A DNA stretch of 59,512 nucleotides from NCBI GenBank assembly GCA_050249355.1, contig JBFWQQ010000002.1, positions 1 through 59,512 of the forward strand, in the 5' to 3' direction. Positions 17,599 through 26,341 of the stretch are shown here, piece by piece. The stretch's first letter is position 1, and each line of letters begins with the position of its first letter. The position numbers were made by a program, and so were the translations under genes. This stretch comes from Alphaproteobacteria bacterium (lineage in GTDB: Bacteria; Pseudomonadota; Alphaproteobacteria; Rickettsiales; SXRF01). The notes under the pieces are model-generated. The model saw only the letters and a list, made by a program, of their open reading frames with translations, did not search any database and had not been told where the DNA came from.

Positions 17599-19338
17599 AT
17601 GTTGTTATCCAAACGGTTCGAGGTTTTTCTGCTATTTCAGGCAGCCATACTCATCGTGCTGTACAGTATTTTTATTATCGGCGATTATAAGACCTACTAT
17701 GTGTGGCAGCAAGTTAACAACATGGCCGGGTATAATCCGCTGACACACCTGCACCACCCGCACGGACTACGCTACCTGATCGCCAGTCCGGCCATTTTCC
17801 TGTCCGATCATCTCGGCTGGGAACGCGACAAGGTTTTTGGCCTGTTCGTTACACTGAATATGACACTATGTGCGATTATAAGCGCACTGGTGCAGGCCAC
17901 TGTCTCGCAGAACATAGAAAAGCGCTGGAGTGTGTGGCTGCTGCTGTTCATTCCCATTTTCCTTACCCTGTCTTTTCCCATGAACGGGCGGCTTTCGTAC
18001 ATGCTGCTGGGTACCGCGCTGATGATGCTGTCGTATATACGGTGGTCACAGCATATCATTCATACTGCCCCTGTGTGGAAGGTGCTGCCCTACGTGGTGC
18101 TATATAGTATCTCACTGACGCTACTTTCAGTCAGTTCCGGCTGTCTTACTGTGGGTATGATCGTAGCGTTGGCATATACCATCATTTTCCTGATACTGCC
18201 GGATAAATTATCGCACCGTGTGCTGTATGGTGCGCTTAACCTGATAGCTCCCGCTGCGCTGGCCTACCTGCAATACCGCTTGATACAGAAGAATCTGGGA
18301 TATTACGATGGTTCCGTGTTTGCCATGCTGACCCATGGCCCCGGACGTTATTTGAGCATCTTGAATCCCAATAAATACCTGATTGGGGCAGGAATGGGGC
18401 TAATCGTATTCCTGCTGCTCTACTATATTCGTCATATACGCTTTATCATAACACGAACCGCCATATTCATTGCTCCAGTACTGCTGGTTGCAGTATCTGC
18501 CATTATCGGCCTGTTCGGTTATTCTGCCATGTTGACCGGGTCCATCGCCGCTATGATACTCACGCTGCATATCATCGGAACCATATTCTACGCCCGCATA
18601 TCGCCGTACAGCCAGATACGCCAGTATGTCAAAGAAAACATACCGCACCTAAGTCATAGCCGATCACTGCTGGCCACGTCGCTACTTTGCGCATTCGCAA
18701 CCGGCGTTGGCGCAAGCCAGGTATTTCCTGATGATTGGACTGTATACAGCAGGTCCGAAGTGGAGAAAAGTTTATACAACCGCATGATCTACGAGCGCGA
18801 TGGCAAACGGGTTGTTTCCCTTATGGGGGGACACAATTTTTTCCCGACCATTATGACAACCGGAAGGGACGGTACGATGTATGTGGTTGAAGCGGGTACG
18901 CGTATCATTCGCATTACCTCCTCCGGTCAGGTTGACTGGTTCGCAGGGTACGCAAGGAAAGGACGGCGTGATAACGCAAAACAAGATAAAGATGGGCCGC
19001 GGATGGATGCACGCTTCCATAATATCTCCGATATAAAGATCGCAGATGACGGCACGCTTTACGTTGCTGACGGTGGAAACGGAAAAATAAAGAAAATTGA
19101 TGCCGCTGGCATGGTGACAACTATTGCCGGCAGTGGCAATCCAGGGGCTTTTGTGAATGGATGTAAGGCGCTGGAGTGCAGGCTTAATGAGCCTCAGGGA
19201 CTGCAGCTCTTACCCAACGGCGAACTGCTGGTAAGTGACAATATTTATATTATCCGCTTGCTGCATGATGGCACCATGCGCAGTTTCATCTCGCTGTTGC
19301 AGGATGATAAACGTGTCAGCGTCGATAACGAAGAGTAA
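17599..19338 (+). CDS. Polytopic membrane protein with a C-terminal NHL-repeat beta-propeller domain
   Basis: The ORF opens at 17506. I prefer the ATG at 17599 (MLLSKRFEVFLLF), which leaves a 125-bp divergent promoter. About 10 hydrophobic helices are followed by DGTMYVVEAGTRIIRITSSG, DGTLYVADGGNGKIKKIDAAG and PQGLQLLPNGELLVSD (NHL-type repeats). Confidence 0.65.
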   Translation: MLLSKRFEVFLLFQAAILIVLYSIFIIGDYKTYYVWQQVNNMAGYNPLTHLHHPHGLRYLIASPAIFLSDHLGWERDKVFGLFVTLNMTLCAIISALVQATVSQNIEKRWSVWLLLFIPIFLTLSFPMNGRLSYMLLGTALMMLSYIRWSQHIIHTAPVWKVLPYVVLYSISLTLLSVSSGCLTVGMIVALAYTIIFLILPDKLSHRVLYGALNLIAPAALAYLQYRLIQKNLGYYDGSVFAMLTHGPGRYLSILNPNKYLIGAGMGLIVFLLLYYIRHIRFIITRTAIFIAPVLLVAVSAIIGLFGYSAMLTGSIAAMILTLHIIGTIFYARISPYSQIRQYVKENIPHLSHSRSLLATSLLCAFATGVGASQVFPDDWTVYSRSEVEKSLYNRMIYERDGKRVVSLMGGHNFFPTIMTTGRDGTMYVVEAGTRIIRITSSGQVDWFAGYARKGRRDNAKQDKDGPRMDARFHNISDIKIADDGTLYVADGGNGKIKKIDAAGMVTTIAGSGNPGAFVNGCKALECRLNEPQGLQLLPNGELLVSDNIYIIRLLHDGTMRSFISLLQDDKRVSVDNEE

Positions 19339-19347
19339 TACGCGTCC

Positions 19348-20184
19348 TTATAATATTTTCTTTCTCTGTGCCTGCAGTTTTTGTGCAATGTGCCGTATTC
19401 TGGCGCAAGTCTCTTCGCTGTCTTGCTGCCGCTGATCTGCATTGCGCCGCGCCAGCGTTGTGTATTGCTGCTGCATGCGTTCCAGCGCCGCCTGTATGCG
19501 CTTTTTCCTTCCCTGCGGGTCTTCAATATTTATATCCTTGCAAAAACGTGACGATAATATAACCCGCGTAGATCCCAACCGCTCATGCTCACCCAGTATC
19601 TTTTCAGCTGGCAATTCCCCGCTTCCCATGATCGCGATACCGCCAAACCCGAAGGCCTTGCCTTGCTGTTTTATAATGACCGCCATCTTTTCTACAGAAC
19701 CATCTGCCAGCGGTTCGAACAGGAAATCCTGCCCCAGCGAAAGATGCAGATCATTAAGGCCAATATATAGCTCCTGCACCTCCTGCATGGCGGCGATATC
19801 GCCGATATGGTGCATAGAATAGGACGTCTCCACCAGCGGCAAGAATATGGCGCGGCCAGCAATGGCTTTTGCGCACGCATGCACCTGTTGCATGCCGGTG
19901 ATCATCGGCAACATGATCATATCGGCGCCATACTTAATCGCATGGTCGATCTCAGCATGCGATCCTTCATGCCACGGATTGATGCGCACGATCAGCTCTG
20001 CTTTATCCAGTACCGCACGCACCGTTGCAATATCTTCCTTTGTGTGGCTACTGATGAATGTATTTCGGCTGGCCTGACGCTGCTGTTTTCCGATGGACTC
20101 AAGATCTACCATGATCCTTGACACCCCGGCGGACTGTGCATCGGCAGCAACATCTGGCTGGTTAGTTATCAGGATGGTTTTCAT
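19348..20184 (-). CDS. HpcH/HpaI aldolase / citrate-lyase-beta-like TIM-barrel protein with a C-terminal coiled tail
   Basis: RINPWHEGSHAEIDHAIKYGADMIMLPMI and FLPLVETSYSMHHIGDIAAM resemble the HpcH_HpaI fold. I chose the ATG at 20184 (MKTILITNQ), which forms an ATGA overlap with the murJ stop (tcat at 20181-20184). Confidence 0.5.
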   Translation of the reverse strand: MKTILITNQPDVAADAQSAGVSRIMVDLESIGKQQRQASRNTFISSHTKEDIATVRAVLDKAELIVRINPWHEGSHAEIDHAIKYGADMIMLPMITGMQQVHACAKAIAGRAIFLPLVETSYSMHHIGDIAAMQEVQELYIGLNDLHLSLGQDFLFEPLADGSVEKMAVIIKQQGKAFGFGGIAIMGSGELPAEKILGEHERLGSTRVILSSRFCKDINIEDPQGRKKRIQAALERMQQQYTTLARRNADQRQQDSEETCARIRHIAQKLQAQRKKIL

Positions 20185-21656
20185 CTGCGGTATTTCATAG
20201 CCATGGCGGTTGTCCATTGCCGGATATCGCGATCCGATGCGCAGGCAGCCAGCAGTATCAGGCTGCCGATGAGTATCGCCAGCAACAGGCCTGGCAGCGG
20301 CGACAGGTGAAATCCGCTGAACAGCGCGGCCAGCGGAATAAACAATGCGACCGGCACTACTAGCATGCCAAAGCTACCCTTATACTGTTCTTTTGGAGAA
20401 ATCAGCTGCTGGCGGGCAGCCATGACTGAAAATGCCAGCACCGGTATAACCTGCAGCATGATATATGCCATCATGACACCTGCTTCTGCATACAAGGTCT
20501 GGCCCAGCCAGATCAGCGGCACACTGGCAATGGCCTGCACCACCCCAACCTTGAACGGCACAGCGGGACGCTCACAGGCAAAGAATATCTGTTGCCATAA
20601 ATAGCCAGCCAGCATACCGGGCAATGCCCAGATGCCAATCGCGAAGATATGCGTCACCTCGTTTATATCGGCTTCGGTCATTTCTCCGTAACCGAAACAC
20701 AGCATCACGATGTGCCAACTCGCCAGGCTCATCGCCAGCGTGATGCACAGGGCAAGTGACGTACCCATACGCAGGCTACGGCCATATTCCTGCACATCCC
20801 TTCCTTCCTTGCGCAAATGTACAAAGCGCGGCAGCATGACCACATTGATGATGGTGTTTAGTATCATCCCTGGTAAAAGCACCAGCTTGAACGCATAGTT
20901 GAACAGCGCCATCTCGCCGGACAACAGTGTAATGATCAGGTATGGTATATATTGTGGCAACAGGCTGAAGAAGCTGTTACCCACTGCGGCGGCATAATGT
21001 GACAGCAGGCGTTTGTCGACCTGCCATGGCTGGCGCGAGGGGCGCTGTGCAGCAGGACTGCGGGTAAAACCGGTAATGAACAGGGCCAGCCGTGTTAGCC
21101 CGGCAACGAATATGCCCAGCCCGAGTACGGTGAACCCACTGGGCGCCAGCCACAATGTCAGCACGATCACCAAATTAAACAGCGCATTGGCAAATGCCGG
21201 GATGGCAAAACGGCTATGGTATTGCAACCATGCGGTGATCACACCACTGGCGCCGGCCAGCGGCATCGAAAACAATGCCCAGAACAACGCTGCGCTCGAT
21301 ACTTCATCAATATCGCCATGCAAGACATGGATGATGGCATCGGCCTGCGAATACACCAACAGCACCAACACCATGAATATTGCCACCGACCCAGCCATCA
21401 CCTGCCAGAACAATGCCAACCGCTGCGCTGCATCACGCGCGGCAAAAGCCGGAAGCAGAACGGCGCTAAGCGCGCCGCCGATGAGGATACTGGTAATGTA
21501 ATCCGGGATGAGCAGCAGGCCGATGATCATGTTGGCATCAGCGCCGGTACCGTAATTAGCCGCGATCATCGCCTCTCGCAGGAAACCCAGCACGCGGGAT
21601 GCAAGCATCCCGGCCGCCACCAGCATGCCAGCAGAAACTAACGTACGCAAATTCAT
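20181..21656 (-). CDS. murJ: MurJ/MviN family lipid-linked oligosaccharide flippase (MOP superfamily)
   Basis: 491 aa. The N-terminus ASRVLGFLREAMIAANYGTGADAN is the MurJ signature, with about 14 hydrophobic segments. Confidence 0.85.
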   Translation of the reverse strand: MNLRTLVSAGMLVAAGMLASRVLGFLREAMIAANYGTGADANMIIGLLLIPDYITSILIGGALSAVLLPAFAARDAAQRLALFWQVMAGSVAIFMVLVLLVYSQADAIIHVLHGDIDEVSSAALFWALFSMPLAGASGVITAWLQYHSRFAIPAFANALFNLVIVLTLWLAPSGFTVLGLGIFVAGLTRLALFITGFTRSPAAQRPSRQPWQVDKRLLSHYAAAVGNSFFSLLPQYIPYLIITLLSGEMALFNYAFKLVLLPGMILNTIINVVMLPRFVHLRKEGRDVQEYGRSLRMGTSLALCITLAMSLASWHIVMLCFGYGEMTEADINEVTHIFAIGIWALPGMLAGYLWQQIFFACERPAVPFKVGVVQAIASVPLIWLGQTLYAEAGVMMAYIMLQVIPVLAFSVMAARQQLISPKEQYKGSFGMLVVPVALFIPLAALFSGFHLSPLPGLLLAILIGSLILLAACASDRDIRQWTTAMAMKYRR

Positions 21657-21689
21657 GAATGCCTTATAGCATGCAATCCCGGCAAACCA

Positions 21690-22199
21690 CTAGTCAAATA
21701 CCTCGGAGGAATAAACCCCCCACAGATATTTTTTTTCCAACCAGCCTTTGCGCCCGGCGATCTGCAGGCGGCACCAGTACACCTCGCATTCAATCACATC
21801 TGCCTGCACCTTGGGTTCGGCCTTGAACATGGCGCGGGCATCGTTATCCGGATTAGCGCGGATGATTTGCGGACCTGCGCCCTGGATGATGGCACTGCGC
21901 CCGCCTGACAGCATGCTTTTGTGTATCCAGCCTTCGGTGCCTTCCATATCGCGCACTTTGCGCCACAGGTCAAACTCCTCCACAATCTCCACAGGCAGGC
22001 CCTGCCGGCGGTATACCCACTGGATAGGATAGCGTGTACCCGGGCCGGTGCGGATGTTCACCTCGGAGGATTTCAGTGTCACAAAACGGGGGATGGACAG
22101 GCCGGTGTCCGAGCCGGTCTTGGCAGCGCCTACAGCGGGTAAAAGGGCACTGGCCAGTAAGAATACCAACGATATGATAGGAGTGTATCTTTCTGACAT
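21690..22199 (-). CDS. Secreted bacterial SH3-like domain protein (DUF1058-type)
   Basis: 169 aa. A signal-peptide-like N-terminus is followed by two SH3-like segments (VNIRTGPGTRYPIQWVY...GWIHKSML and CEVYWCRLQIAGRKGWLEKKYLWG). Confidence 0.7.
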   Translation of the reverse strand: MSERYTPIISLVFLLASALLPAVGAAKTGSDTGLSIPRFVTLKSSEVNIRTGPGTRYPIQWVYRRQGLPVEIVEEFDLWRKVRDMEGTEGWIHKSMLSGGRSAIIQGAGPQIIRANPDNDARAMFKAEPKVQADVIECEVYWCRLQIAGRKGWLEKKYLWGVYSSEVFD

Positions 22200-22243
22200 A
22201 CCTAAAGTATTTAGTAGGTTCTCCCACCGATTGCAAGAAAGGA

Positions 22244-22996
22244 TTACACGCTGCTACAACTCTCACAGCCGGGATTACGCACCAGCTGCACAAAGCGCAT
22301 GTCGGGGCGCAACCCGTCGATCAGCAGCAGCCAGCCTGAAAGAGACTCACCGATGCCGATAAGTTCTTTGACAGCCTCCAGCGCCTGCATACTGCCGATC
22401 ATTCCTGCCAGCGGGCCGATGATACCTTCCTGTCGGCAATCGGTTTCCAATGACGGAACTCCGGGAACCAGGCAGCGGTAGCACGGATGCTCCTCGCCCA
22501 GATACGGCTTGAAGGTGGTAAGCTGCGCGGCAAAGCCCGACATGGCCGCCGACACTAGCGGCTTTTTTGCGTGCCTGCACGCATCGCTTACCGCAAAACG
22601 GGTAGCAAAATTATCACTGCCATCCACCACCAGATCATATTGCGCCACCCGCTTGGCGGCATTTTCTGTTGTGAAGCGTTCTTCATACGTTTCAAGTTTG
22701 CATTCCGAATTTACTTCACTGATTCGATCAGCCACCGCCTGTACTTTCGGACGACCGATATCATCCTGCTCGTAGAGCACCTGCCGTTGCAAATTGGACA
22801 GCTCCACCCGGTCAGGCTCTACCACGCCAATGCGGCCAACGCCACTCGCTGCCAGATAGGCAATAGCACTGCTTCCCAAGCCGCCCGCGCCGATCACCAG
22901 CACCGACGAGCGCAATAATGTTTCCTGCCCCGCCTCGCCCAGCTGCGGCAACACAATATGCCGGGCATAACGGCGCTGCTGGTCGTTGGAAAGCAT
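22244..22996 (-). CDS. moeB: HesA/MoeB/ThiF family adenylyltransferase (no rhodanese domain)
   Basis: 250 aa. Has RYARHIVLPQLGEAGQETLLRSSVLVIGAGGLGS and CxxC pairs (CYRC, CESC). The start abuts the cysK stop with zero gap. Confidence 0.8.
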   Translation of the reverse strand: MLSNDQQRRYARHIVLPQLGEAGQETLLRSSVLVIGAGGLGSSAIAYLAASGVGRIGVVEPDRVELSNLQRQVLYEQDDIGRPKVQAVADRISEVNSECKLETYEERFTTENAAKRVAQYDLVVDGSDNFATRFAVSDACRHAKKPLVSAAMSGFAAQLTTFKPYLGEEHPCYRCLVPGVPSLETDCRQEGIIGPLAGMIGSMQALEAVKELIGIGESLSGWLLLIDGLRPDMRFVQLVRNPGCESCSSV

Positions 22997-23971
22997 TTAT
23001 CCTAAGTCAGCGAACAGGTCGGTAGAGATATAACGCTCGGCGCAGGATGCGAGGATCACCACGATCATCTTGCCTTTCATTTCCGGGCGGGCGCCCACTT
23101 CCAATGCAGCGGCCAGCGTGGCACCCGACGAGATGCCGATCGGCAGGCCTTCGAGTTTGGCGGCATTGCGCGCAGTTTCAAACGCGGTCTGGTTGCCGAT
23201 GGTTACCACTTCATCAATCACATCACGCGAAAGTATATCCGGAATGAAACCGGCCCCGATACCTTGTATCTTGTGTGGGCCGGGCGTACCACCGGACAGT
23301 ACGGGGCTGTCTTCCGGTTCTACGGCGATCACTTTAACTGATGCTTTCTTCTTTTTCAGCGTATCACCGGTTCCGGTGATGGTGCCGCCGGTACCGACAC
23401 CGGTAATGAATACATCCACTGCGCCTGCCGTATCTTTCCATATCTCTTCGGCGGTGGTACGGCGATGGATCTCCGGGTTGGCGGGATTCTGGAACTGCTG
23501 CAATATCAGTGCATGAGGATTTTCGGATACGATCTGCTCGGCTTTTTCGATCGCCCCGCGCATGCCTTTGCTGGCCTCGGTCAAAACCAGCTCGGCACCG
23601 AGCAGCTTCAGCATCTTGCGGCGCTCGATCGACATGCTTTCAGGCATGGTCAGAATGAGTTTGTAGCCTTTGGCCGCACATACGAACGCCAGCGCGATAC
23701 CGGTATTGCCGGAGGTCGGCTCCACCAGCACGCTGCCCGGCTTTATTTTGCCAGAAGCTTCGGCGGCTTCCACCATGGAAAGCGCAATGCGATCCTTCAC
23801 CGACGACAGCGGGTTGAAGAACTCGGCTTTGACTATGATATCAGCCACGCAGCCCGCATCTTTTGCCATGCGGTTCAGGCGGATCAGCGGTGTATTGCCG
23901 ATGGTCGACAGGATATTTTCGTAGATATGGCCACGTAGCGGCGCATCCAGTTTTGCGGGGGCTGGTGACAT
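22997..23971 (-). CDS. cysK: Cysteine synthase (O-acetylserine sulfhydrylase, CysK/CysM family)
   Basis: 324 aa. Has [19 protein letters not shown] (PLP lysine), [11 protein letters not shown] and [10 protein letters not shown]. Confidence 0.9.
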   Translation of the reverse strand: MSPAPAKLDAPLRGHIYENILSTIGNTPLIRLNRMAKDAGCVADIIVKAEFFNPLSSVKDRIALSMVEAAEASGKIKPGSVLVEPTSGNTGIALAFVCAAKGYKLILTMPESMSIERRKMLKLLGAELVLTEASKGMRGAIEKAEQIVSENPHALILQQFQNPANPEIHRRTTAEEIWKDTAGAVDVFITGVGTGGTITGTGDTLKKKKASVKVIAVEPEDSPVLSGGTPGPHKIQGIGAGFIPDILSRDVIDEVVTIGNQTAFETARNAAKLEGLPIGISSGATLAAALEVGARPEMKGKMIVVILASCAERYISTDLFADLG

Positions 23972-24067
23972 AGTGTACTCCTTATAAAATAGAATGTTGG
24001 AGGAGCGCAGCGACGACTAGCACCATTGCGGTGCGCAGCCCCAGCGGCGCTTGAGCGTTAAACAAAA

Positions 24068-24511
24068 TCATATCGCAAAGTCCATCTTCTTTTCGTTCGC
24101 CTTGCGGATGTTCTTTTTCAGTGCGTCCTCGCACAATTCCGCCAGACTTACATTTTTCAGGTGCGCCATCAGCTGCTTCTGCGCCTCTTCCCACACCGGC
24201 TCCACCACCTGCTGTCCCAGCGGCGTGCCGCCTTCATTTTCCGGTTCCTTGTCGTCGGATAACACTTCGCATATATCGCCAACGCTGATACGGCGTTTTT
24301 CTTTTGCCAGCACGTAGCCGCCATTGGGCCCGCGCACCCCGCGCAATATGCCCGCACGTACCAGCCGTTGCATCAACTGCTCAAGGTAGCGCGGCGGCAA
24401 TCCCTGCTTTTCTGCCACATCGCGGCTGCTGATCGGTCCGTTGCCCGCGTTGTAGGCAATGAACAATACCGCCTCCACCGCGTAGAACAACTTCCTTGAA
24501 GAAGTCAGCAT
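24068..24511 (-). CDS. Rrf2 family transcriptional regulator
   Basis: 147 aa. Has an N-terminal winged helix (YAVEAVLFIAYNAGNGPISSRDVAEKQGLPPRYLEQLMQRLVRAGIL). No three-Cys cluster is visible. Confidence 0.8.
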   Translation of the reverse strand: MLTSSRKLFYAVEAVLFIAYNAGNGPISSRDVAEKQGLPPRYLEQLMQRLVRAGILRGVRGPNGGYVLAKEKRRISVGDICEVLSDDKEPENEGGTPLGQQVVEPVWEEAQKQLMAHLKNVSLAELCEDALKKNIRKANEKKMDFAI

Positions 24512-24522
24512 GATGGCTCTGC

Positions 24523-24993
24523 CTACGCTGATTCTTTTATATGGGTACCGGTGGAACCGAACCCGCCTGCACTACGCTCGGTTTCATCCAGCGACTCTGC
24601 TGCTTCCCAGCGTGCATGCGTGACCGGCGCGATCACCATCTGCGCGATACGCATGCCACGCGTGACGGTGAATGGCTCATCATTCAGGTTGATCAGCAGC
24701 ACTTTCACTTCGCCACGGTAATCCGCGTCGATGGTACCGGGTGTATTCACCACCGAAAGCCCGTGCTTGAACGCAAGCCCCGAACGCGGACGAATTTGTG
24801 CTTCGTAACCTTCCGGCAGCGCCATGGCAAAACCGGTCGGGATCAGCTGGCGTTCCAGCGGAGCCAGCACGATATCCTGATGGTTGGCGGCCACCAGATC
24901 GCAGCCGGCGCTTTGCGAGGTTGCGTAATGCGGCAGCGGCAGGTCGTTGCCATGCTCTAGCTGGGTAATGCGGATGGAGATGCTTTTGGTCAT
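24523..24993 (-). CDS. dut: dUTP diphosphatase
   Basis: Has [26 protein letters not shown] and GGFGSTG motifs. The ATG at 24993 forms an ATGA overlap with the coaBC stop. Confidence 0.9.
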   Translation of the reverse strand: MTKSISIRITQLEHGNDLPLPHYATSQSAGCDLVAANHQDIVLAPLERQLIPTGFAMALPEGYEAQIRPRSGLAFKHGLSVVNTPGTIDADYRGEVKVLLINLNDEPFTVTRGMRIAQMVIAPVTHARWEAAESLDETERSAGGFGSTGTHIKESA

Positions 24994-26300
24994 GATATGG
25001 CTTTTACTCGCTGCTGTGGGTTGCATAAGGTGAAGATGATCTTCTCCACCAGTTTTTGGGCCACCTGATGCTTCTGCATCAGCGGCCAGTACTCTTCGTC
25101 ACGTTGCGTGACCAACGTCACCTGGTTTTCCTGCCGGTCGAACACCGCGCCGCCGGAAACATCATTGGCCACGATCCAGTCGCAACCCTTTTTTTCCAGC
25201 TTGGCTTTGGCATTATCGATTAGCGCGTCGGTCTCGGCGGCGAACCCTATCACCAGCTTGGGACGGTTCGGGTGTTGCGCCAGCGTGGCAAGGATATCCG
25301 GGTTCTCACGCAGCTGCAATGATGGCACGCTGCCGGGCGTTTTCTTGATCTTGGATGTTGCTTCCTGCGCTTTCCAGTCGGCCACTGCTGCCGTGCATAT
25401 CGCCACATCGGCGGGCAGCGCCTCTTCGCAGGCATCGAGCATTTCATCGGCGGTGACCACTTCCACCAGCTTCACCCCGGCGGGCGCATCCAGCCCGGTG
25501 GGGCCGGACACCAGCGTGACGGTTGCGCCCTGACGCGCCAATTCCTCGGCCACTGCATAGCCTTGCTTGCCGGATGAATAATTGGTGATGTAACGCACCG
25601 GATCGATCGCTTCGCGCGTCGGGCCTGCTGTGACGAGGGCATGCTTACCTTGCAATGGATTGCCTCCGCGAAATTCTCCTGAATTTCGCATGAGGCGGGC
25701 TGAAGGCTCGCTTGGCCTGCTGGCCTCGCCTGAATATTCCTGCGTGGCTGGTGAAGGTTCAGACTTTGCCAACGCATGCAGCACGGCGGTCACGATATCA
25801 TCGACCTCAGCCATGCGCCCCTGCCCTTCCTCTCCGCACGCCAGCATACCGCTGCCGGGTTGGATGATGGTAGCACCGTCTTTGGTAATCTGCTTGATGT
25901 TGCGCTGGGTTGCCGGGGCTTGCCACATCTGCGTGTTCATGGCAGGGGCAACCAGCAGCGGCTTTTTGCTGGCCAGCAACGTGGCGCTGGCAAGATCACC
26001 CGCAAAACCATGCGCCATTTTGGCGATCAGGTCTGCCGATGCCGGAGCTACCACCACAAGGTCAGCCTCGCGCGATAAACGTATGTGCCCCATTTCCACT
26101 TCGTCCTTGAGTGAGAACAGTTCGCCATACACTGCGCTGCCGGAAAGGGATGCCACCGATAGCGGCGTAATGAACTCGGCGCCCCCCTTGGTAAGGATGC
26201 AGCGCAGCTCGATGCCACGCTCCTTGAGGCGGCGAATAAGGTCGAGCGACTTGTAGGCCGCTATCGAACCGCTGATGATGAGAAGTACGGATTTTGTCAT
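24990..26300 (-). CDS. coaBC: Bifunctional phosphopantothenoylcysteine decarboxylase / phosphopantothenate-cysteine ligase
   Basis: The N-terminal flavoprotein domain has [22 protein letters not shown] and PAMNTQMW. The CoaB domain has [27 protein letters not shown] chose the Met at 26300. The interdomain linker contains R1 repeat copy B. Confidence 0.9.
   Translation of the reverse strand: MTKSVLLIISGSIAAYKSLDLIRRLKERGIELRCILTKGGAEFITPLSVASLSGSAVYGELFSLKDEVEMGHIRLSREADLVVVAPASADLIAKMAHGFAGDLASATLLASKKPLLVAPAMNTQMWQAPATQRNIKQITKDGATIIQPGSGMLACGEEGQGRMAEVDDIVTAVLHALAKSEPSPATQEYSGEASRPSEPSARLMRNSGEFRGGNPLQGKHALVTAGPTREAIDPVRYITNYSSGKQGYAVAEELARQGATVTLVSGPTGLDAPAGVKLVEVVTADEMLDACEEALPADVAICTAAVADWKAQEATSKIKKTPGSVPSLQLRENPDILATLAQHPNRPKLVIGFAAETDALIDNAKAKLEKKGCDWIVANDVSGGAVFDRQENQVTLVTQRDEEYWPLMQKHQVAQKLVEKIIFTLCNPQQRVKAIS
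25658..25730 (+). repeat. 73-bp palindromic element, family R1, copy B (inside coaBC, translated in frame)
   Basis: The sequence is gattgcctccgcgaaattctcctgaatttcgcatgaggcgggctgaaggctcgcttggcctgctggcctcgcc. It contains the internal hairpin gcgaaatt/aatttcgc. On the minus strand it is read as [24 protein letters not shown]. Confidence 0.85.
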
Positions 26301-26341
26301 AGTTTTTTGTATAATACACCAAAGCACAAATTTGTCATGTG

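Noticed and set aside
23990-24060. A GC-rich, partly palindromic stretch between Rrf2 and cysK (ggagcgcagcgacgactagcaccattgcggtgcgcagccccagcggcgc), considered as another repeat-family copy or an Rrf2 operator
   Set aside because: Only a 5-bp stem (gcacc/ggtgc) is convincing. I found no second copy in the window, and there is no clear match to the R1-R4 families.
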